Origin: Chloroflexota bacterium
Lineage (GTDB): Bacteria; Chloroflexota; UBA11872; VXNJ01
Length of the DNA stretch: 64,000 nucleotides
Reading direction: 5' to 3'
NCBI GenBank assembly: GCA_965203015.1
Contig: CBDBBM010000018.1
Coordinates: 153,861 to 217,860 of the forward strand
The notes under the pieces are model-generated. The model did no database searches. It had not been told where the DNA came from and was given only the letters and a program-made list of their open reading frames with translations. Positions 1-7,113 of the stretch are shown one piece after another; position 1 is the stretch's first letter, and each line of letters starts with the position of its first letter. A program made the position numbers and the translations under genes.

Positions 1-386
1 TTAGCTGGTTGCCAGTGAGCCGCAGGCTTGTCAGGCTCGCGAGGTTGGCAAGTTCGGGCGGGATCGGGCCGCTTAGCTGGTTGGCATTGAGCCGCAGGTC
101 GGCCAGGTTGGCGAGGTTGCCCAGTTCGGGCGGAATTTCGCCGCTTAGCTGGTTGCGGTTCAGCACCAGCGATTCCAGGTTGGACAGATCGGCCAGATCG
201 GGCGGGATCTCCCCGGACAGACCGTTTCTGCCGAGCGCCAGGCCGATTACGCCTCCGTCGTCGTTTACGGCCACTCCGTGCCATTCCCCCACCGGGGCGT
301 CGCTGAGCCACGCAGTGTTGTCGGTCCAGCCAGGGCCGTTGGTGGCGTTGTAGAAGGCGGTCAGGGCCGCCGTTTCGAGGGAGGTC
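1..386. repeat. Copy 1 of an exact 386-bp duplication (partner 2979-3364); may continue left of the window
   Basis: Compared by eye: positions 1-386 equal 2979-3364 (offset 2978). First mismatch is at 387 (t) versus 3365 (c). Confidence 0.9.
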
Positions 387-880
387 TCCGGGACCGGAGG
401 CGGAGGCGTCTCGGGGACCGGCGGCGTCTCCGGGACGGGCTCGGTCTCTGGGGCGGGCTCGGTCTCCGGCGCGGGTGAAGTCTCCGGGGCCGGGGTGGTC
501 TCCGGGGCCGGGGTGGTCTCCGGGGCCGGGGTGGTCTCCGGGGCCGGGGTGGTCTCCGGGGCCGGGGTGGTCTCCGGGGCCGGGGTGGTCTCCGGCGCGG
601 GTGAAGTCTCGGGGGCCGGGGTGGTCTCCTCCGCCGGAGTGTCCTCGGGCAGGGGTGTGGACTCGGCGACCTGGGTGGTCTCGGGTACCGAGGTCGTCTC
701 GGAGACCTGCGCCGCTTCGGCGACTTGGGCGGTATCGGAACTCGGAACCGGATCCGGGATCAGAACCGGCGCCGGAGTAGGAAACGGCGCCTGGGTGGTC
801 TCGGATTCGGGCGCAACCGGACCACAGGCTGCCAGCAGCGCCACGGTCGCGACCACCCCCAAGAAATACCTCGCCACCAT
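1..880 (-). CDS. LRR lipoprotein, partial (C-terminus lies left of the window)
   Basis: Absent from the ORF track because it runs off the edge. Manual minus-strand translation from ATG 880-878 gives MVARYFLGVVATVALLAAC|GPVAPESETTQ (lipobox), a Pro/Thr/Glu linker with six perfect TTPAPE units, then TSLETAALTAFYNATNGPGWTDNTAWLSDAPVGEWHGV and LSGEIPPELGNL repeats identical to the 1036..3504 paralog. No stop down to position 1. Confidence 0.8.
   Translation of the reverse strand, partial: MVARYFLGVVATVALLAACGPVAPESETTQAPFPTPAPVLIPDPVPSSDTAQVAEAAQVSETTSVPETTQVAESTPLPEDTPAEETTPAPETSPAPETTPAPETTPAPETTPAPETTPAPETTPAPETTPAPETSPAPETEPAPETEPVPETPPVPETPPPPVPETSLETAALTAFYNATNGPGWTDNTAWLSDAPVGEWHGVAVNDDGGVIGLALGRNGLSGEIPPDLADLSNLESLVLNRNQLSGEIPPELGNLANLADLRLNANQLSGPIPPELANLASLTSLRLTGNQL
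463..624. repeat. 18-bp tandem repeat array (6 perfect plus flanking degenerate units)
   Basis: Unit tctccggggccggggtgg repeats perfectly six times at 481-588. It is flanked by tctccggcgcgggtgaag (463-480, 589-606) and tctcgggggccggggtgg (607-624). On the coding (minus) strand it is in frame as TTPAPE / TSPAPE. Confidence 0.9.
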
Positions 881-1035
881 CCCCAGCACACGTCGGCGGG
901 GACCGTGACATCCGTTAGGAGGATCGACCGCACGCCTTGACGCTTTAGGTTCAGGCAAAGCCGACGAGCGCCGCGCCAGAGCGCAAGCGCGCCCGGCATG
1001 CGCATGAGCCCGCGACCCACGTCGCCCCGCTACCG

Positions 1036-3504
1036 TCACAAGGATGCGATCCTGAGTACGGGCCCGCCAAACGTGAGGATGTATACCTCACCGTTGGAAT
1101 CTGTGCCGAACGAAGAAACCGGCGGCGGGATTACGGCAAGTTCGACCACGTCGCCGCCATCCGGAGGGACCGCCCAGAGTTGTCCGCCGCAAAAGTCCGT
1201 AAAGAGGTAGTGCCCAGCGAGTGCCGGGATGGCCTCCCCCCGATACACCACGCCGCCCACGACCGCGCAACCCAGCTTATGGCTGTACTCGACCACGGGC
1301 GCGACGAAACCGTACGGATCGCACCCCGCGGACGGACTGACGCAGCGTGTGCCTTCAAAGCGGTTCCAACCGAAGTTGCCACCGGCTTCTACATGATCGA
1401 TTTCCTCGACATTCGCGTTTCCAACATCGCCCGCCCAGAGCACGCCGGTCGCCGGGTCGAATGCCATCCGCCACGGATTGCGAAACCCGTAGGCCCAGAT
1501 CTCGGATTGTGCGATCGGTAAATCAATAAACGGATTGTCGCGGGGGACGGCGTAGGGTGACGCCTCGGAAGCCGCACTAACGTCGATACGGACGATGCTG
1601 CCCAGCAGGGTCTCCAGCCGCTGCGGCTCGTCGCGGGCGCTACTGTCGCCCAACCCCAGATAGAGCATTCCGTCGGGTCCAAAGCGGATGGCCCCGCCGT
1701 GGTGGATCTCATCCGGCTGATCGATTTCCAGGACGATGAGCTCGGAGCCGGGATCAACCAGGCGCAGGTTGCTAGGATCGGCGGCAAAACGCGACAGCCG
1801 GGTCGTGCGCGGCACTCCTGCCGCCGTGTAGTAGAGCCAGATGTGCCCGGTCTCCTCGAACCGGGGGCCAAGCGCGACGCTTAGCAGGCCCTCGTCCGAA
1901 CCGACCCGTGAGACGCGGTCGTTTATGTCGAGCAGTTCCTCGACCTCGCTTGCATCGGGGCGCAGCAGCAGGACCCGGCCCTCCTGCTCGGCTACAAACA
2001 GGCCCGATTCGGCGGCGGCCGGCCCGACCGGGTACGCGCCGACCTCGGTCGGTCGTTCGAATCTCCGGCCTCCAAACACTGCTTCGAGATAGATAGCCGG
2101 GAGTCGTTCCGACGCAGGGGTCTCCGCGATCCCGGGCGCGACCCGTACCGGTGCGGGACGACTAAGTCCGGGCGGGATCTCCCCGCTGAGGCCATTTCCC
2201 TCAAGTCGCAGGTCCGTCAGGTTTGCCAGCCCGGCAAGACCCGGCGGAATCTCTCCGCTCAGCTGATTCCAGCTGAGAGCCAGCACCGCCAGTTGGACGA
2301 GCTTTCCAAGTTCGGCCGGTATCTTGCCGCTAAGTTGGTTGTGGCCGAGTGAAAGCTCGGTGAGATTACCGAGGTTTCCAAGAGTGGCCGGAATCTCCCC
2401 GCTCAGCCGGTTGGCGTGGATCTCCAGGGTGGTCAGATTCGCCAGATCGCCCAGTTCGGGCGGTATCTGGCCGTTCAATTGGTTCCAGGCCAGTCGCAGA
2501 TCTTCCAGCTTTGAGAGATTCCCCAGTTCTGCGGGCAACGTCCCGCTCAACCGGTTCCGCTCAAGCCCCAGATACACCAGATTGGTCAGGTTGCCCAGTT
2601 CGGGCGGTATCTGGCCGTTCAATTGGTTGATGTCGAGCGAAAGATGCGTCAGATTGGTCAGGTTGCCCAGTTCGGGCGGTATCTGGCCGCTGAGTCGGCT
2701 GCGGCCGAGCTGGAGGTTTGTCAACTCGGAGAGGTTGCCCAGTTCGGGCGGTATTTCGCCGCTGAGCTGGTTGCCGCCCAGGAACAGGGTCGTGAGGTTG
2801 GTGAGGTTGTCCAGTTCAGGCGGGATCGGGCCGCTCAGCTGGTTGGTGCCGAGGAACAGGTTCGTGAGGTTGGCGAGATCACCCAGTTCGGGCGGTATCT
2901 GGCCGCTCAGCTGGTTGCCGTGGAGCCGCAGGTCGGTCAGATTGGCGAGGTCGGCAAGTTCGGGCGGAATTTCGCCGCTTAGCTGGTTGCCAGTGAGCCG
3001 CAGGCTTGTCAGGCTCGCGAGGTTGGCAAGTTCGGGCGGGATCGGGCCGCTTAGCTGGTTGGCATTGAGCCGCAGGTCGGCCAGGTTGGCGAGGTTGCCC
3101 AGTTCGGGCGGAATTTCGCCGCTTAGCTGGTTGCGGTTCAGCACCAGCGATTCCAGGTTGGACAGATCGGCCAGATCGGGCGGGATCTCCCCGGACAGAC
3201 CGTTTCTGCCGAGCGCCAGGCCGATTACGCCTCCGTCGTCGTTTACGGCCACTCCGTGCCATTCCCCCACCGGGGCGTCGCTGAGCCACGCAGTGTTGTC
3301 GGTCCAGCCAGGGCCGTTGGTGGCGTTGTAGAAGGCGGTCAGGGCCGCCGTTTCGAGGGAGGTCCGAAGGGGCTCGTTCGGCGCGAGGGTGGAATTCGCG
3401 GTCGGAGCGTTCCCTTCGCATCCTGGAGAGAGCAGCAAAAGTGAGATCAGCACAACCGCCGTTGCCGCCCGGCGATTCAGGGTTTCTCCGGGATTAAGGC
3501 TCAA
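1036..3504 (-). CDS. Lipoprotein fusion: plant-type LRR array plus C-terminal soluble glucose/sorbosone-dehydrogenase-like beta-propeller
   Basis: 822-aa ORF. N-terminus has VVLISLLLLSPGC lipobox, then the LTAFYNATNGPGWTDNTAWLSDAPVGEWHGV cap and about 14 repeats of LSGEIPPELGNLxNLxxLxLxxNQ. C-terminal motifs HHGGAIRFGPDGMLYLGLGD and YGFRNPWRMAFDP...GGNFGWN are typical of the PQQ-dependent sugar dehydrogenase (GSDH) fold. TTG start at 3504 overlaps the upstream stop (TTGA). Confidence 0.85.
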   Translation of the reverse strand: MSLNPGETLNRRAATAVVLISLLLLSPGCEGNAPTANSTLAPNEPLRTSLETAALTAFYNATNGPGWTDNTAWLSDAPVGEWHGVAVNDDGGVIGLALGRNGLSGEIPPDLADLSNLESLVLNRNQLSGEIPPELGNLANLADLRLNANQLSGPIPPELANLASLTSLRLTGNQLSGEIPPELADLANLTDLRLHGNQLSGQIPPELGDLANLTNLFLGTNQLSGPIPPELDNLTNLTTLFLGGNQLSGEIPPELGNLSELTNLQLGRSRLSGQIPPELGNLTNLTHLSLDINQLNGQIPPELGNLTNLVYLGLERNRLSGTLPAELGNLSKLEDLRLAWNQLNGQIPPELGDLANLTTLEIHANRLSGEIPATLGNLGNLTELSLGHNQLSGKIPAELGKLVQLAVLALSWNQLSGEIPPGLAGLANLTDLRLEGNGLSGEIPPGLSRPAPVRVAPGIAETPASERLPAIYLEAVFGGRRFERPTEVGAYPVGPAAAESGLFVAEQEGRVLLLRPDASEVEELLDINDRVSRVGSDEGLLSVALGPRFEETGHIWLYYTAAGVPRTTRLSRFAADPSNLRLVDPGSELIVLEIDQPDEIHHGGAIRFGPDGMLYLGLGDSSARDEPQRLETLLGSIVRIDVSAASEASPYAVPRDNPFIDLPIAQSEIWAYGFRNPWRMAFDPATGVLWAGDVGNANVEEIDHVEAGGNFGWNRFEGTRCVSPSAGCDPYGFVAPVVEYSHKLGCAVVGGVVYRGEAIPALAGHYLFTDFCGGQLWAVPPDGGDVVELAVIPPPVSSFGTDSNGEVYILTFGGPVLRIASL
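2172..3207. repeat. 72-bp periodic coding repeats (about 14 LRR units)
   Basis: Recurrent ccagttcgggcgg(a/t)at...gctcagctggtt blocks every 72 bp. They translate on the minus strand to 24-aa LRR units. Confidence 0.85.
2979..3364. repeat. Copy 2 of the exact 386-bp duplication (partner 1-386)
   Basis: See copy 1. It covers the LRR N-cap and first LRRs of the 1036..3504 gene. Confidence 0.9.
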
Positions 3505-5267
3505 TGGCCGTGCCGCAACTCCACCTCAATCGCCACTGGGGCGCCCCGGTGGAGTCGTCCCGTATCGCCCGGCGCGGAGAGGTCGATGGGCGTATCGTGA
3601 GTGGTCCAGCTACGGCCGACGGGGCGGGTGCTCACGTAATAGCGTTCGGCGAAGCGCACCGACCGCCACACGGTCACGTCCATGGTCAACTGCCCAATAC
3701 CCGCAATCTCGACCGTCACGGGCACGCGGCCGCTCCGGTGGAAACGCCCCGCGGCACGGAGCGCGGAGAAGTTGACGAAGCCGTCGTGGTCGGTCCAGTC
3801 CTGGCCCGTGGGTCGGGTGCTCACGTGCAAGCGCCCCGGGAACAGGTTCGAGCGCGACACCGTGACGTCGACGCGGTAGGTCCCGGGCGAGGGGGCGTAC
3901 TCGGGTGGACACGGTCCGTCCCGCACGATCGTTAGGTCGTCGCGGAGGGGGTCAGGGAGACCGGAAGGCGACACATCCAGCCGCGGATTGCCCTGGAGGC
4001 GCAAATCGGTCAGCGTCGGGTGCGACGCGATGCTTGATGGTACCGAGCCGCTGATGTCGTTGCACGCCAGGTGCACGTGCCGCAGCGCCGGGATCGAGCC
4101 CAACTCGGGTGGGATCGGATCGGTCAGGCGGTTGTTGTATGCGTGCAACTCCATCAGCGCGCCCAGGCCGCCCAAGTCAGCCGGGATTGAACCGGTCAGG
4201 CGGTTGTCGCGCAGATAAAGGTAGCGCAGCTTCGCGAGGCCGCCCAACTGGGGTGGGATCGGGCCGGTCAAGTGGTTTTCCGAAAGCGACAATGCCTGCA
4301 GGTTTGCGATGTCGCCCAACTGGGGTGGGATCGGGCCGGTCAAGTGGTTTCCGTTCAGGTGCAAAGTCACAACCCTGCGCTCGAGCGCGGCTTCCGCCCG
4401 TCCCAGGTTGCCCAGTTGCCGGGGTATGCGTCCGGTCAGTCGGTTGTCGGACAGCGCAAAATGCTGCATCTTGTCGAACCGACCCAGCTGCCAGGGGATG
4501 CCGCCCTGCAGCTGGTTGCCGTACAGGTTCAGCACCTGCAACCCGGGATGGTCGCCCGAGCTGACGTTCTTGCCCAGCTGCCAGGGGACGTGGCCGGTCA
4601 CGCCGCGGTTGCCGCTGATGCTCAGATTGCGCATGGGCAGGTCGCCGAATTCGGGTGGGATGGTTCCCTGGACATCGGTGTCGTGCAGGTACAGGGAGCT
4701 CAGCTTGCCGTTGTTGGCCAGTTCGCGGGGGATCGGACCGGTGAGATCGTTGCGGGACAGGGCCAGGACTATCAGGTTGGGCGGCAGACCCAGCTCGGGC
4801 GGTACCGGACCGGTGAGATTGTTTCGCGCTTCTTCCGGCGACGTTCTGTAGTCGTCGCCAAGTACCAGATCCAGCGAGGACGGGGCGCCCAGGTGCCCCA
4901 GGATGGGCGGAATGTTGCCGTTCAGCTTATGTCCGTGCACCTCGATTCTTCGGATCTGCTTCCAGTCCGTATGGAACTCGGTCAGCCCGTCCCATCCATC
5001 GATAAGGTTCTCGGGCGCCCAGTTCAGCGATCCGGTTGTGCCGTTAAGGGCGTCCCTGGCTGCCAGCAGTACGTTGCAGTCCTCTGTCAGACCGGGCGGC
5101 GGTGCCTGGGTCGCGTGGAACCAGCTGGTCGTGGTCGGGCCGCACAAGTCTTTCACCACCGCCACGCTGACCAGCGTGGTCGCGCGTCGACCGCCGCTGT
5201 CAACAGCGGTAATCGTATAGCGGGTAGTCAGGCCGGCGCCAGGGACGTCAACTGGCGGGAGGCGCAA
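3501..5267 (-). CDS. LRR surface protein; probably the downstream part of a frameshifted Calx-beta/He_PIG/LRR gene
   Basis: 588-aa ORF. The N-terminus AGLTTRYTITAVDSGGRRATTLVSVAVV is the second half of a He_PIG-type Ig domain. It is followed by a cap (CNVLLAARDALNGTTGSLNWAP...WDGL) and about 12 LRRs (LTGPIPPQLGxLxxLxxLxLxxNxL). A C-terminal twin repeat follows (VSTRPxGxxWTxHD...GRxHR). There is no signal peptide of its own. Confidence 0.8.
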   Translation of the reverse strand: MRLPPVDVPGAGLTTRYTITAVDSGGRRATTLVSVAVVKDLCGPTTTSWFHATQAPPPGLTEDCNVLLAARDALNGTTGSLNWAPENLIDGWDGLTEFHTDWKQIRRIEVHGHKLNGNIPPILGHLGAPSSLDLVLGDDYRTSPEEARNNLTGPVPPELGLPPNLIVLALSRNDLTGPIPRELANNGKLSSLYLHDTDVQGTIPPEFGDLPMRNLSISGNRGVTGHVPWQLGKNVSSGDHPGLQVLNLYGNQLQGGIPWQLGRFDKMQHFALSDNRLTGRIPRQLGNLGRAEAALERRVVTLHLNGNHLTGPIPPQLGDIANLQALSLSENHLTGPIPPQLGGLAKLRYLYLRDNRLTGSIPADLGGLGALMELHAYNNRLTDPIPPELGSIPALRHVHLACNDISGSVPSSIASHPTLTDLRLQGNPRLDVSPSGLPDPLRDDLTIVRDGPCPPEYAPSPGTYRVDVTVSRSNLFPGRLHVSTRPTGQDWTDHDGFVNFSALRAAGRFHRSGRVPVTVEIAGIGQLTMDVTVWRSVRFAERYYVSTRPVGRSWTTHDTPIDLSAPGDTGRLHRGAPVAIEVELRHGH

Positions 5268-5982
5268 TCCCGGTGAGTTGCCGCGTGGACGGATTGAAAG
5301 TCAACCCCAAGGGGTTGTGGCTGGGTTCGATCTTGGTCAGTCCGTAGTAAACCGCGCTGTCGGGCCTGGTCTTGTGTATGGGTTCTTCAACGGTTAGGAC
5401 AACGGGCCGTCCGGGATAGGAGAGGTGGCCATATATGTGTTTCGGGAACGAGAGGTACGGCCCGTCCTCGATGATCAAGTCGGTGGGCGCCACCACGCCG
5501 CTTGCAGTCGAACCGGTCAGGATCACGGCCTCTTCCCCTTCAACGCGCGTGTCGTAGGTCGGGTCGATGGCCAACGTGGTTGCGCCGGTGAGGCTGCCGG
5601 CTTCGATGGTGATGGCGCTGCGATCGAAGGTCGCGGCGTAGTCCGTTCCGAGCATGGCGCCCCTGGCAACGCCCGGTGTGAGCAGGGGCGAGCCCCCCAA
5701 GGCCAGATTGATCGCCGTATCGGCATTGACTGCTTGCCGGAGGGTGGCGGTTACGGTGACGGTCGTCGGGCCGTCTCGTTCAGTCAGAGAAATCACCGAC
5801 GTCGACAGGGCGATATCGGTGAAGCCGCCGGACAAGCTCTGCGAATCCGCCGCGCGGACAGACAGCGCGACGAGGGTGAGGACAACGGCGATTCCGGCAG
5901 CAAGATTCAGCGCAGGTCGAATCACGCCGCCCAAGCGCGGCGTGCCCATCCGCTGGGCCGGTCGATGGGTTCGACTAATCAA
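5248..5982 (-). CDS. Signal-anchored Calx-beta domain protein ending inside a He_PIG domain; probable upstream part of the 3501..5267 gene
   Basis: 244-aa ORF with TM/signal segment LNLAAGIAVVLTLVALSVRAADS. A Calx-beta-like segment follows (VTVTATLRQAVNADTAINLALGGS...GTDYAATFDRSAITIEAGSLTGATTLAIDPTYDTRVEGEEAVIL). It ends ...PLGLTFNPSTRQLTGIAPPAS*, which is the first half of a He_PIG domain. Confidence 0.75.
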   Translation of the reverse strand: MISRTHRPAQRMGTPRLGGVIRPALNLAAGIAVVLTLVALSVRAADSQSLSGGFTDIALSTSVISLTERDGPTTVTVTATLRQAVNADTAINLALGGSPLLTPGVARGAMLGTDYAATFDRSAITIEAGSLTGATTLAIDPTYDTRVEGEEAVILTGSTASGVVAPTDLIIEDGPYLSFPKHIYGHLSYPGRPVVLTVEEPIHKTRPDSAVYYGLTKIEPSHNPLGLTFNPSTRQLTGIAPPAS

Positions 5983-6504
5983 CGCCGGGTTGCGCCGACG
6001 CTCGCGTTAGCGCCGCCCAGGTCAGGATGAATGCGACCTGGCGGCCGCGTGCTTATGGAGGGGGGGGGTATAAAGCACGGCCGGCCTCAATATGTGTGGC
6101 ACCTTGCCGCCGGCGATGCGGATGCTCGTCTGCGAAGCCTGTGCGCGAATTGGTCTATTGCTCCCGGTTGCGTACCGACATATAGAGTACCCCAACGCGC
6201 CGTGGGATAAGCGTGGAAACATGTCCTCGTTGGCATACAGCGTTTTGCGTTTCCACGCATCTTTTTCCGGTTCGCGGGCCGCTTCACCCGCGCCGGTGGC
6301 CATTTGATCTGGGGCCGCCCCGTTCAGGGTTCGCCGCCGCCGTACTCACAAGGGTGGTGGTGGTGCGAAGGGCTCTCCATTCCCGTGGGCGGGATTTGTG
6401 GCCAGGGATCCCGAGGCGCGGCGGAGCATGCCCCGCGACGGTGCCCTCAGTATCTCGTCGTCCGAACGGGCGCTGGATCCGGAGGACCCGCCCGCGAGAG
6501 CGGA

Positions 6505-6717
6505 CTACGCGACAAATGGGGGTCGCAGCCGTTCCCCTGCCCCTGTCGATTTGCAGGAGCCGGCCCTGCGATTGCTGGCCCGCGTCACCAGTGTCGACGC
6601 GGCGCTGACAAACACCGGGTTCGACGCCTCGCCAATTGCGGACCGGGCAGCCTGCGGCAATCGCCTGTCCCCCGCCAGCCACCAGGTCAGCGCGTGCGTA
6701 TCGAGGAGGATTCTCAA
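6505..6717 (-). pseudogene. vapC: PIN-domain VapC toxin, decayed after about 45 residues
   Basis: MRILLDTHALTWWLAGDRRLPQAARSAIGEASNPVFVSAAS is a canonical VapC N-terminus. The expected WE.A.K...GKL continuation is missing in frame. A weak ...GRLLQIDRG... match appears in another frame (ORF 6284..6682), and no clean C-terminal PIN half was found. Confidence 0.6.
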
Positions 6718-6721
6718 TCCG

Positions 6722-6952
6722 TTACCGCTCCCAGGCGGCTATCTCGTCCTCCGGCAACGGATCGAAAAACGCATCATCCAGAGTGATGCGGCCAGCCATG
6801 GCGCCGAACCGGCGGATCCCGGGTCGATTGAACGGAACTAGCTTGGCGACCGGATCGCCGTTCCGCGCAATTACTATCTCCTCCCCGTTTTCCACCCGGG
6901 CAATCAACCGCGATAGGTGGGCCTTGGCTTGATGAATCTTGTATACCGTCAC
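6722..6952 (-). CDS. phd: Phd/YefM-family type II antitoxin
   Basis: 76 aa: MTVYKIHQAKAHLSRLIARVENGEEIVIARNGDPVAKLVPF is the typical Phd/YefM N-terminal fold signature. It sits 4 nt upstream of the VapC remnant. Confidence 0.85.
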   Translation of the reverse strand: MTVYKIHQAKAHLSRLIARVENGEEIVIARNGDPVAKLVPFNRPGIRRFGAMAGRITLDDAFFDPLPEDEIAAWER

Positions 6953-6968
6953 CGGTGGTCTCCCAATT

Positions 6969-6992
6969 GGTTAGCCCCGCATGTGACTAACC
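6969..6992. promoter_or_regulatory. Inverted repeat (ggttag-N12-ctaacc) just upstream of phd; candidate antitoxin operator
   Basis: ggttag at 6969-6974 and ctaacc at 6987-6992, lying 17-40 nt upstream of the phd start (6952, minus strand). An adjacent ccaattgg palindrome is present. Confidence 0.3.
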
Positions 6993-7113
6993 CGAGCGAT
7001 GATGGGCCAGGCAGGCGCAACGCCAGGGAATCCCGAGAGCGGTATGAAGCAAGGCCGGGAAGAGAGCGCAAGCCAACGAACCGCGTCAGCGAGATCGCCG
7101 AGTATTCTGCTTA

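Noticed and set aside
463-3207. Possible CRISPR array suggested by regularly spaced short repeats (18-bp array; 72-bp periodicity)
   Set aside because: The 18-bp units are contiguous with no spacers, and the 72-bp units are in-frame LRR codons with degenerate repeat sequence. No cas genes are present and there are no unique spacer-like segments.
2324-3331. 335-aa plus-strand ORF with SGGI(S/W)PLSWL periodicity (and similar ORFs 9..353, 4272..5276, 50602..51411, 50975..51703)
   Set aside because: These are reverse-frame readings of the LRR-coding repeats. The minus-strand products have canonical LRR consensus, caps and signal peptides.
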